Shown: in pieces, positions 1-11,884 of the stretch
Layout of the letters: each line of letters starts with the position of its first letter
Numbering within the stretch: the stretch's first letter is position 1
DNA from: Tubulanus polymorphus
Lineage: Eukaryota; Animalia; Nemertea
Direction: 5' to 3'
DNA: 64,000 nt
Assembly (NCBI RefSeq): GCF_964204645.1
Contig: NC_134029.1
Coordinates: forward strand, 310,001 to 374,000
Notes under the pieces: generated by a model
What the model was told of the DNA's origin: nothing
Database searches by the model: none
The model's input: the letters and a program-made list of their open reading frames with translations, nothing else
Program-made: the position numbers and the translations under genes

Positions 1-3000
1 GAATATGGTTGTTGACTCTGATGCGGCTGAGGTTACAGTTGTCGGTACGTTTTTTGTTCTCGTGAAGCCACAGTTTGGAACATCCCGAGCCAAACATCAC
101 AATATCCTAGAACATCTTTCTCCTTTATGAGGTCCAATTGTTAACAAGGTGCTTCTAGTTAACTGAATGGATTACTGAAATAGTGACAATTTATAGGTGC
201 ATTTTCATCAGGATCCAGTTCCACAGTTCCGAGTTAAGACTTGACTCTGAATTAAAACATTGAAAATGAACTGATTTTAACTTTTTGAGTTAACTCTTAC
301 TCACAACTGTGGAACTGGATCCTGATGGTTAACTTTGACCAACTGACCTGTGGGCCCAGTTTAATAGACTGGTATTAACTCAATTCATTATCAATTCACC
401 CTGGAGTTGAAGTTAAATAAATCCGGTTTATAAATCCATCCCAGGTATTTCAATTTCCTGATAAACAGGATGGATTTGTGTGAATTACGGAGATTGTTTG
501 TATTTTATTTTCTAAGGTGATGTAATGGGACCGGCATTATCGGGACTGGATAGATTAGTGAGGATGCCAACCGGTTGCGGTGAACAAAACATGATAACAT
601 TAGTACCTAGTATATACGTGTTGAATTATCTCACGGCCATCAACCAGTTAGAACCAAAATTACAACAAAAAGCATTGTCTTATATGAATATTGGTGAGTA
701 TAGTCGAGAGTTTGTTGACTATCAGACTCTAGTTTCACAGCTCTGGTTTTATGAGAAGCCAAGGTTTGGCCAATAAGGAAAAGATGACATTGATAATGAT
801 AATTGAATTGTGCCAGAATGTGATGTATATACCTGTATGTATCCATTGTTTTATTTAATTCATTGTTCAGGATATCAACGAGAATTGAATTATCGCCATG
901 ACGATGGGTCGTTTAGCGCGTTCGGTAAATCGGATGCGTCCGGGAGTATGTGGCTGTCGGCGTTTGTAGTGAAATCATTCGGGCAATCGATGAAATATAT
1001 TACTATCGATCAGGAGAAACTCAATGAAACAATTCAATGGATTATATCTAAACAGACGACGAGTGATGGCTGTTTCCTGAAGGTACGTGTAAAACCACAA
1101 CTATAACAATAGTATATTACAGCACTTCAACCTCATCAGGTATGAGAGAAATTCTGACTCCAGTCAAATTGAACTGGATCTGAGAGATTGAACTGACGAC
1201 TGTGGAGCTGGATCTGAGAGATTGAACTGACGACTGTGGAGCTGGATCTGAGAGATTGAACTGACGACTGTGGAGCTGGATCTGAGAGATTGAACTGACG
1301 ACTGTGGAGCTGGATCTGAGAGATTGAACTGACGACTGTGGAGCTGGATCTGAGAGATTGAACTGACGACTGTGGAGCTGGATCTGAGAGATTGAACTGA
1401 CGACTGTGGAGCTGGATCTGAGAGATTGAACTGACGACTGTGGAGCTGGATCTGAGAGATTGAACTGACGACTGTGGAGCTGGATCTGAGAGATTGAACT
1501 GACGACTGTGGAGCTGGATGTGGAAGATTGAACTGACGACTGTGGAGCTGGATCTGAGAGATTGAACTGACGACTGTGGAGCTGGATCTGAGAGATTGAA
1601 CTGACGACTGTGGAGCTGGATCTGAGAGATTGAACTGACGACTGTGGAGCTGGATCTGAGAGATTGAACTGACGACTGTGGAGCTGGATGTGGAAGATTG
1701 AACTGACGACTGTGGAGCTGGATCTGAGAGATTGAACTGACGACTGTGGAGCTGGATCTGAGAGATTGAACTGACGACTGTGGAGCTGGATGTGGAAGAT
1801 TGAACTGACGACTGTGGAGCTGGATCTGAGAGATTGAACTGACGACTGTGGAGCTGGATCTGAGAGATTGAACTGACGACTGTGGAGCTGGATCTGAGAG
1901 ATTGAACTGACGACTGTGGAGCTGGATCTGAGAGATTGAACTGACGACTGTGGAGCTGGATGTGGAAGAACGAATGATAAACTAATTTTGAGTCAAATCT
2001 GAGTCCAATCTTGGCTTTAGATCAGGCTGGGCTTAATTTGTATTCAGTTTCAAATCAGAGCGAGCCTTAGATCATATTGATGATAAATCCAGCCTATTCT
2101 AAAAGACTTACGTGTAATTTGGGTTGAAGGGGGGCTGGATCCATTGTCTATTAAAACCTTGCTATTGTTTCGTGCGTTTTCTATGTTTTAGGTTGGTAGA
2201 GTAAATCACAATGAGATGCAGGGAGGAGTTGGCAGCGTGCCATCAATCACTGCATACGTTTTAATTTCATTGTTGGAAGTGAATAAACAGATGAGCAACA
2301 TCCTACATCTGGTAAGACATTCGACTTTACCTCTGAATTCTTCTTTCATATGGACAATCAATGCAATATTTTATAAACGGGGTCCAGATCTACTGTCAAC
2401 TATTTCATTTGCATGTTGAGTGTTGAGTCCACAGTGGAACTGACTCCAAAACTGTGGGACTGTTTTCAATAGAATCAGATTCATGTTTCTATATTGAGAC
2501 TATTGTTATATTTCTAGTCAGAATCGGTTACAAAAGCTGTGAATTGTTTGACATCAGCGCAAATAGATGAGACTGATGCATACATTGTATCACTGATAAC
2601 TTACGCATTCTCCCTACATGATCCTAACGGTCTCGTTACAAAACAGTACTTAAATAAACTGAAGAAACTCGCCATTGTAGAAGGTAAGTGAGGCATTGTA
2701 ATCATACATTGTACGAGGTTGAGTTCTCTGAGTTAATGTAACGCAATCAATCCGTGAAAAATATAATCCAAGGTAATCGAATGATAAAACAGTTTATTTT
2801 TGGAGGACGTAATTAACATTTCACCATTGCGCCTTATGATTGCTATTAGGTGCCACTCAAAATGTTAATGCATTGAAAAAATCTTTATTATCTGTTCAAC
2901 ACGGACACAACGTGTTTCATTATGGTCTACTATTAATATTTGTGTTGTAGGTGGATTGACTCATTGGGAAAGAACCAAGACAGCGACGGATCCTAAACCT

Positions 3001-6000
3001 CCTACAGAAACATGGAGGCGCCACCGTCCAGCACCTTCACTAGAAGTAGAAATGACGGCCTACGCGATGATGGCTTTACTAAACATAAACTTGGATAATA
3101 AAGGGATAGAAGATTCGATTCCTGTTGTAAAATGGTTAACTAAACAGAGGAATTCTATCGGTGGATTCAGTTCAACGCAGGATACAGTAATCGCCTTACA
3201 AGCATTAGCCAAATACGGCATTAAAATCTCTACGGCTTCTTTATCCCTGATGATAACAGTTCAAGGTCAGAAATCTGCGAAACACGACTTTACGATTAGT
3301 ACGGGGAACCGATTGTTGCTACAGAAACAAGAAATATCCATCCCAGACGAATTAATGGTTTCAGCATCCGGCACTGGTTGCGCCCTCTTGCAGGTAATTC
3401 AGGATTACAATATATATATTTTTTGACGCCTTATAAAACGTTACCATTATGAAACCTAACAAATGTTAACCATTCAGCGTCATTTTACAAACGACAACCG
3501 TAAATCGATGTGCAAAACGTCACAGGTTTATGTGTACACATACAAGCCATTTGGCAAAATATTATTGATAAAGATGTAGAATGGCTCCCTGTGATTATAT
3601 AATGATCTCTATTTGAACGTCGGAATGTTATATTGCATTGAATATCATGAGAAGACGTATTGTAGTAGTAAAGGATGTATGATTATATCAGGGGCGGCAG
3701 GGATAAATAGAAATGATAAGTAAATCGGATTATTCGGTTAAATGGCGGATGTATACACGATTTGGAAGTCTGATATAAAAGTCAGACCCTGACATGGGGA
3801 TGCTAGTGGAATGACGAAGCTATCTGCGATCTGAGTTGGGCCGGCGTGAATTTCATCGGCGGCTACAAGCGGTCTATATAAAAACGTCAATATTCAAATG
3901 TTTTAGAAAATATGTTCGATATTAGACGCATGCAGGTTTCATGAGATTAGCAATTTATAATAGCATAGCTGTCATATACGGCTCCGCGTCCACTGATGGC
4001 ATGTGTATAAGGTGACAATTAAATTCAATACTTTATTGATCCTTATTACATTGAAATTCCGGGATAAAATTCCAAAAATCAATACATTTACAAATTTTAA
4101 AATAAGAAAATACAAGACACAAGACACATGGGTAATTCATACAGAATAACATGAATAAGTTAATTATATGACAATGCCCAGACTCATGTCTAGGATATCA
4201 AGTGACAGCCAGACCGGGCCCCAGGACTGGGCTGGCTGGCTACACGATATGCTCAAAGTCATGATGAAGCAGACATCAGAAGAGCTCTTTCTTCAACCAT
4301 GGAGGCAATGAAGTTGCAGACCAGCTTAGAGGCAAAAGTGAATCGAAGTCACAAGTTGACAATTTTTTTTAAAATTAGACCAGTCGAAGACTGTATCATC
4401 TACTCAATCGCCAAATCTCATAATTCCCGAAATTTCTTAAAACTTCGATTTCAAATTTGCAATTCCACATTAGCTTATACCAGAAATTCTACATTTTTTC
4501 GCAGGCGTCAAATAATTTATTAAAGTTAATTTTCTTGTTCATGTTTTCTGTGTTCATGTAGCTGAAAACTACTCGGTTTATTATGTATTTTAGGCGAATG
4601 CGAAATTGAATGTTGGTGAAATGTCAGAAACGGATCCTCCATTCACAGTTATAATCGCTCCTGATTCTGCTGTGAAAAATAGAAGAAGAAAAAGATCGAC
4701 GAATGACGAAATAACGAAATTTGGAAGAATTGCTGCTTGTGTTCGGTATTTAATCCTCAGTGAAACTATCGATGTTATATAACAATCTCACACTAGGAAT
4801 AAAAAGAATGAAATGTTTCCTTGAGCCAGTTTATTCAATGTTTCAACTATATCCTAATAGTCATGTTCATGAATACCTGGGGCCGGTTCCATAGACAGGG
4901 CTTAGACTTAAGACCGGTCTAAGACAAACTTAATTCTAAAGCCAATCTAAGAACTTAAGACCAGTCTTAAGGTTTAAGACCACTTTTGGTCCTAAATCCT
5001 GACTATGGAACCGGCCCCCTGAATTCTAGTATTCCTGAAGATTCAAAACGTTGTATGAATTCAGCTGAAGGAAAAATTCCAACATTCTTAAAGTGGGATT
5101 TTATATAATGTATGAAACTTTGATGTTTTATTGTAGCTACACCAAACCGGGATCGTCTAATATGGTTATCGTAGAGATTAAGATGGTATCGGGATGGCAA
5201 CCTGTGAAAGAAAGCTTACAGAAACTGGTTACCGGTACTAATGAGGAAAACGGAGTCAAACGAGTTGAGATCAAGAATAATTTAGTTTATCTGTATTACA
5301 ACCAAATGACTGGAGCAAAAACATGTTTTTCATTCAACATCGAACAAGTGGAAAAAGTTGAACTGACAAAACCTCAATATATTAAAGTTTATGATTACTA
5401 TGAAACTGGTAAGTTTTAATCGTCAATAGTTTACAAATATGGACACAGTGCCGGACCAAGTTCAACGATTCATGGTCCAGGTCAACAGTTTAGGACCCAG
5501 GTCATCTGTTTAGGACCCAGGACAATAATTCATGGCCCAGGTCAACAGTTTAGGACCCAGGTCCACTATTCATGGCCCAGGTCAACAGTTTAGGACCCAG
5601 GACAACAATTCATGGCCCAGGTCAACAGTTTAGGATCCAGGACAACAATTCATGGCCCAGGTCAACAGTTTAGGACCCAGGTCCACAATTCATGGCCCAG
5701 GTCAACAGTTTAGGACCCAGGTCCATAATTCATGTCCCATGTCAACAGTTTAGGATCCAGATCCACTATTCATGGCCCAGGTCAACAGTTTAGGACCCAG
5801 AGGCCAGTTGCACAGTCGTGACTTAAGTCCAAGAGTGGTCTTAAATCTTGAGACTGGTCTTATGTTGTTAGATTGGCTATAGAACTTAGTTGGTCTTAGA
5901 CTGGCCTTAAGTTTAAGCCATGACTATGCAACCGGCCCCAGGACAACAATTCATGGCCCAGGTCAACAGTTTAGGACCCAGGTCCATAATTCATGGCCCA

Positions 6001-6277
6001 GGTCAACAGTTTAGGATCCGGGTCAACTGTTTCCTATCAACTTTGTCAAGCTTGACTTCACGTCAAATCTTAACTGGATAACTGCTTTAACTACAATTTC
6101 ATTTCATGTGTTCAAATTGTTAAATTGTTGGTGTTATTTTCAGATTTGAACGTGGCTCAGAATTACACGATATTATCAGTAGCTGTAGTTGGAAGTTCAA
6201 CTAGTTTACACCAGACTTCAGTCTTCTCATTCATCATTATCTTCACTACTCTCTACTTTTATATTTTCACTAACTAA
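1..6277 (+). CDS. Thioester-containing protein (alpha-2-macroglobulin/CD109-like TEP), 3' part; gene starts left of the window
   Basis: GCGEQ thioester motif (MPTGCGEQNM), DGSFSAFG, GGFSSTQDT and the A2M receptor-binding-domain motifs SNMVIVEIKMVSG and VYDYYE. Approximate exons <1-44, 518-693, 871-1082, 2192-2311, 2517-2683, 2951-3393, 4594-4745, 5136-5408, 6144-6277, with GT-AG boundaries. The last exon encodes a hydrophobic tail. Confidence 0.93.
211..322. mobile_element. MITE, family A (TIR GGAYCCAGTTCCACAGTT)
   Basis: 18-bp terminal inverted repeats ggatccagttccacagtt / aactgtggaactggatcc. Related copies at about 7589-7695, 26393-26495 and 47210-47290. Confidence 0.75.
1172..1968. repeat. 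Intronic 34-bp minisatellite, about 23 copies
   Basis: Unit gagctggatctgagagattgaactgacgactgtg, nearly perfect. Confidence 0.97.
4879..5018. mobile_element. MITE, family B (PIF/Harbinger-like)
   Basis: TIRs ggggccggttccatag / ctatggaaccggcccc in a CTG context. The interior is shared in the opposite orientation with 5801-5938 and about 49316-49456. Confidence 0.75.
5465..6030. repeat. Intronic 40-bp (2x20) minisatellite interrupted by a MITE
   Basis: Unit catggcccaggtcaacagtttaggacccaggwcMaYaatt repeated about 10 times. Confidence 0.92.
5801..5938. mobile_element. MITE, family B, with 3-bp CAG target-site duplication
   Basis: aggccagttgca...tgcaaccggccc flanked by cag (5798-5800) and cag (5939-5941). 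Neighbouring repeat units show the empty site taggacccag|gacaac. Confidence 0.85.
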
Positions 6278-7704
6278 ACATTATAATGGCTCATGAACTC
6301 CGGGACCAATCGTACTTAACCTCAATATTAATTCATATATGTTAAATTATTTGTTTATACGTAACACCAATATATGTGAGATTGTTTTACAAAGTTCAGT
6401 GAAACGTCATCAGATAAATTAATACATCGCACTGTGAACTCATCCGTCCCTGATTCAATTGACTATAAGTGAATTAGACACTGACCTAATTAATGATCGT
6501 CACAATTATAAATTAATTAATGATGTAAAATCCCACACTTGCATAGTTTTAAATTATAGGTTTCAGTGTTTCACTATTATTTGTTGAGATCTGCTTTAAA
6601 CTTGTAACACATCGTATTATTCTCTTATAGATTGTTTTGATACATGTATAATTTATGCGTGTCTGTGATTATTACATTGCTTGTTGGCTGCATTTTCCAG
6701 AATTGGGGGAGAGTGGGAGATAAGCTGAAGAAAACGCGGAGGGGAGAGAGTGGAAAGGAATTGGTTTCACAGGGTCGGGGTGTAAAATCAATGTGAGATA
6801 TCTGCGAACAGCGGAAATTTTTAAATTCATTTGAGGCTGATGAAACTCCATGACAAAGTGTGTTGTATTACGGCCAGTGATTAACCTTTTTAATTGAGTT
6901 TTAAAGGAGTGAGGGAGTTGAAAGGGAGGGAAGGGGAGGGGGGAGTATGAAGTGTGTGTGACTCACATTTTCCGACGGCCTTTTATCTTATGTACACATT
7001 TCTTATATTAGACAAAGAAAATGCATCTGTGATAAACCTATATATGTTGTAATATTGTTGTGCCAAATAATCTGAGTAATGAACAATTCAGAATAAGAAC
7101 TTTACTTCAAATTTGTGATTGATGTGGGATTACATTCTGTTCAGCGGTTAACACCAGAAAGTTTTAGTGCGTCCATGTCTAGTATAGTTAGTACTCTCAC
7201 TATGCACCTTGTTGAATAATAAAATACCATCTTCTTAAAAACACCGCGTGTTGTCTGAATGTTGAACGCGTCTGATGAATATAATGATCAACCATCATTG
7301 ATGCAACATGATCGTGATCGGATCTCAGAAAAAAGGAAGCCTTTGATCCAGAAGGAAAGGAAAAGCCGAACGGTTAAAGCAGGTCATGTGAAGCCTGCAC
7401 GCGGAGTTTGCCTGATTGGTGTAACAGACGATCTGTACAAAACGATATAATTTTACGGGAGTCGAATTTACAGATTAACGATTTGCAGTCGTGATAACAC
7501 TGGCAACCATTCTCATAGGAGCTCGCGGGGTCCGAAACCTAAACTCAATTCACCCCCTCAATTCAGAGTTTATATCAGTCTAATACCTGGACCCAGTTCC
7601 ACAGTTGTGAGTTAAGATTTGACTCGGATTTAACTGCTAATTTAAAATGAACTAACTTTAACTCAGAGTTAACTCACATCTGTGGAACTGGGTCCAGATT
7701 CATA

Positions 7705-8542
7705 CATGACCCCGGCGCGGCGGGGGGTCATCAGCTTAATGTGACAAACAGGAAATATATTCATTTCCGTTTGAATTTAGACAAACTGAATTCGGACAAT
7801 ATTAAACTGTAGTTTCAGTGAATATAAACTATTTACTAAGGATAGTAAACAGTACCAGTGCGCCCTCATTGTACGACTCAATGTAATCATCAAATATTTA
7901 TAATCGAATTTAATTCCAAAACAAAAGCGATGTGAAAATGTCTGGTGGTGTTATCATATAAAAACTACTCGGTGATACACCGCGGGTCGAGACAACAACA
8001 TTAGTTACTTATCAACGGAATCTTACTGGCAGGTAAGCTTGGCAGACGATGTTTCAATTTATGACGAGCTAGATGTGCAATAAATCTGTACAGCTGTTTC
8101 TATAAATATCGCTTTCATTTTATTGTTTCTATTGAAATTTCTCTTCGGGTCGAATGAATTCTGTTGAATTTAACGTTTCGGCTTCATTCATTTTCGGCTT
8201 CATCTGAAAACCAGTCTTAACATCTGTCGTTTGAAGCCACATGATATTCAACTATATATAACTTAATCCTTGTCGTCGATTTGAAAATTAATTTCTTATC
8301 GCACGGGAGAAATTTACCTTCAGGTAAGAGACAATTCCCTGTTTACTGTTTGTGATGAATTCGAATTTTTGATTCGAGCGAATTACTCAATTTATCAACC
8401 ACGAAAAACCACGACTAAAACACGTGATTGATTATCATAAGTTTCAGTTATATCTATATAGTTTAAACCGAGAAAACTGGCAATATTTGAAAGATGAAAT
8501 AATTCAGAACAGATTATACCGGACTCTTTCATTATTCCACAT
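7705..8542 (+). repeat. Left arm of an 838-bp inverted duplication (promoter and 5' UTR exons of toxin-like gene 1)
   Basis: Near-identical reverse complement of 15315-16152. Contains donors GGCAG|GTAAGC (about 8032) and TTCAG|GTAAGA (about 8323). Confidence 0.93.
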
Positions 8543-8819
8543 ACTCCGGTCGAATATTCCAATTTGTTTTATAATTCCATGATACGTTTTTCTATTTAAA
8601 AGAAAAATCTTTTTTCATCGCTGATAAAATATCATCATCATTCAAATTTAGTTTACGATCCAAACATATGATATCTATTTGAATATCCGTTATTTGAGAT
8701 AAATACATTGGAACACGAAGAGTCGATCTAAACATTTGTAAGAAAATCACAAATCAATTAGTTTTGAATGCAATCTCAATTTAAAATCACATTTTACCTG
8801 GGTTTCTATATTGGTTAGA

Positions 8820-10711
8820 ATGTTGCTACTGAAGTTGTTGGTGTTGTACTGGTTAAACCAGACTGGAGCTGCTGTTAGAATTGTCGGTTGGAAGATGACG
8901 GTTTTAGACGATCAGGGAAAAAAAGTTAGAGAATTATGCAAGTATGGTGAAAGTCAAGACAATTTGAAAGTAGGCCAGCAATGGGTTATTTGGAGTAAGT
9001 ATTTCTCACAGAAACCAGGGTCTAAAACCATCGAAGTTCTAGTAAACCCTTATTTCATTAAAGTTAATTCATTGAAAATGAACTGAAATATAACTCAAAG
9101 TTAGTTGATTTATTCTGTGGAACTAGGTTCAGTCTGTGTAATCAATTATCTGATCTCTTCCAGGCAGCCATTACTGCAACATAATTGGCAAAGAGGACCT
9201 ATTTTACTGTTTCGTAAATTTCAAAGTCAGCTCTGTTGATGATGGACCACATTTGCAGGTTTTCGGTACAACTACAGAGATGTTTAATAAAGTTGACGGT
9301 AAAGTGTTCTGTGAACAGGACAGTAAGACTACTGGTGATACCAGTCGTGGAGTGAAGAAAGCCGTTTTTCGCGGAATCGCTTGGAATAGCTGTTCAAACA
9401 ATTGGGGGTATGCTAAGGTATTTTTTCACGTAGGATCGCATACAACCGTTCACCCATCTTTAGTCGAAGGATTTGGCAAAAGATATTTTAACTCAGAAAA
9501 TCCACTCGAAGGATACAAGTTTGAACTGGCTTCAGGAAACTCAGATAACTCAGAGTCGGTCGTGATAGCCGAAATGCGGGCTAGTAATCCCAAATATGGA
9601 AGTGATAAATGGATCAATAGAATGGTGATGTTTACTGGCAAGACTGAACTGATCGATGTAGAATTTCACTGGGGACAAAAACAAAGCGATGAAAGTCAAA
9701 ACACAGCTAAACATAGAATTATTGTTAATAATGGATGTGGGTCTAGTTATGTGGATGGAATGACGGGTAAGTTCTTTCTTTATCTTGAAGTGCAGATTCA
9801 TCCCTTTTATTCATTTGATTTTTGATTCGGTGCCTCTTAAAGCGAACCCATCACCAAACACTGCGAAATACCGGGGTTTAAACCACACGAGCGAGAAGAA
9901 CCTCAGGCAGTTTCAATTGGCGTTTTTCTCTTCTGGCGCGTTCGTTTCCACCAGAATACGTTCCAGCTACGTATTCGCAATTACAGTAAATCTCGCCTTA
10001 CTCGGACAAACTTGGACCGGCAAAATTCGGGTTCGAGGCAAGCGAAGTGCGAGTTGAGGATAGGGGAAAATACGTTAGGAAATCAGAAAAAGATTTTGTT
10101 TTTCTCCGTAAGTCCGAATTGGCAATGTGCGAGTAAGGGGAGTTTATTAGAGTACATGTAACCAGGACCTGGATCCATTCATTTTATTCTATTGTTCTTC
10201 ATTATGAATTTATGATAATCAATTCCTGCCATATAAAGATTACAGAACATTTTACATTTTGTTTGTAAACGCTATGATTTATTCATTTGTAGGAAAATTG
10301 GCGACGGAAGAATCGATTGAAACAACCACATCGACATCGCTTAGTGAGACGTTTGAAACTGGAATGGAAATTTCTGCTGAATTTGAAAAGAAATTTCTCG
10401 TGGCTACATTCGCTATGAGTCTAACGGCTTCTTTCTCGTACAGCAGAACCTCGGATATATCGGAATCGAAAACTGAAACTTCGTCTGTTTCCTACGAATG
10501 GCCTCACTATTGTCAGCCGGGGTTCACTTGTGAAGCATCGATTATAATGACAAACACGGAAGAGAAAGTTCCGGTTACATTCACTATGAAACGCGGGACT
10601 CATAATGTTACTAAGGAGGTTGTCTGGTCCGTGAAGAGACAGTCATGGACTGAGAGTCTAACAGCCGCTCAGATTACTGATGCAAATAGAAGTACTTGTA
10701 AAACAACATAA
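8820..10711 (+). CDS. Secreted aerolysin/ETX-MTX2-like beta-pore-forming protein, paralog 1 (about 398 aa)
   Basis: Coding exons 8820-8994, 9164-9766 and 10293-10711 splice in frame. N-terminal signal-like peptide MLLLKLLVLYWLNQTGA. The C-terminal domain has Ser/Thr-rich strands around an alternating amphipathic hairpin (ETFETGMEISAEFEKKFLVATFAMSLTASFSYS), followed by a QPG-x-T and VPVTFT pattern typical of aerolysin folds. Family assignment is by pattern only. Confidence 0.72.
9982..10150. mobile_element. Degenerate MITE in toxin gene 1 intron
   Basis: Imperfect TIRs cagtaaatctcgccttactcggaca / tgtgcgagtaaggggagtttatt. The TA-CAGT start resembles Tc1/mariner MITEs. Confidence 0.45.
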
Positions 10712-10882
10712 GAACTTCAAGAAAATAAAATTGATCATGAATAAAAATCATAGTTCTTCAATGTCGTCGTTACACAATCAGTCATATGCCAGTGGCCCTG
10801 AACCAGTAAAGGCGAAAATCTGAATAAGGAACAAGGAACAAGTTACTTGTTCCTTATGAAGAGAGCCCCGGGAGATGAATCG

Positions 10883-11206
10883 TGTGGCCCCTCTCTAAAC
10901 GGTCAGAACCATAGTGGCCCCGCTCTAAACGGTCAGAACCAGTGGCCCCGCTCTAAACGGTCAGAACCATAGTGGCCCCGCTCTAAACGGTCAGAACCAG
11001 TGGCCCCGCTATAAACGATCAGAACCAGTGGCCCCGCTCTAAACGGTTAGAACCAGTGGCCCCGCTCTAAACGGTCAGAACCAGTGGCCCCGCTATAAAC
11101 GATCAGAACCAGTGGCCCCGCTCTAAACGGTTAGAACCAGTGGCCCCGCTCTAAACGGTCAGAACCAGTGGCCCCGCTATAAACGATCAGAACCAGTGGC
11201 CCCGCT
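10883..11206. repeat. 28/31-bp minisatellite
   Basis: Unit agtggccccgctctaaacggtcagaacc, about 11 copies. Confidence 0.95.
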
Positions 11207-11627
11207 TCTTGGATGGACCTGCACCGGGATTTTGTAAGCTAGGCTGGTTTTCGCTAAGAACCATTGTCAATGTACCCGCAGTTTGGTATGACACAGGATC
11301 GTAGAATAACCACTATCAGGACCACTTGAAGAATTGCTGATGATGACCCGGCAAGATTTGCAGATCTGACTTAAAGGTGAATTAATAATGTAAAGGATCG
11401 GCCCACAAAATTATGTAAATGAGCTAAAATTAAAGCACTTGAAAAACCGCAACACTTTTTTCTTATGAAAATCCTAAATCCTATAGAATCGCCCATCGAA
11501 ATTCGTTATCAAATACAGGTTGTGACCAACCATGGAGAACTAGATTATTGGAAGGTTGTAACAAGCAGTCGGTAGCTACAGCGGCGGGTCTGAGTAGTAG
11601 TGTGATCTACTGACACACGTCCAGTCA

Positions 11628-11800
11628 TCACGCCTGACTGGTCACCACAGGTCACCACACTAACCAGACAAACTTACAAACTGATTCAACCACTACTGGT
11701 CGATGGTCTAGTGGTTCGCGTGCTCGGCTGGCATGCAAGACGTACCGGGTTCGAGCCTCGCTAGGGTTAGGGTTATGAGTAAGGCCAAGCTAGGATTAGG
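11628..11800 (+). mobile_element. tRNA-related dispersed repeat with TTAGGG tail
   Basis: A box TGGTCTAGTGG, B box GGTTCGAGCC, then gctagggttagggttatgagt. Homologous to 51945-52150 on the minus strand. Confidence 0.6.
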
Positions 11801-11884
11801 CTTTACCTCATCTACTATTATTATTATTTATTCTGACTTGTTCATCACTCATTAAAGATTATTTTTCAAATGCTTTTTTCCACT

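Noticed and set aside
11697-11765. Possible functional tRNA gene
   Set aside because: It has A and B boxes but no acceptor stem or proper anticodon arm, so it is treated as a repeat.
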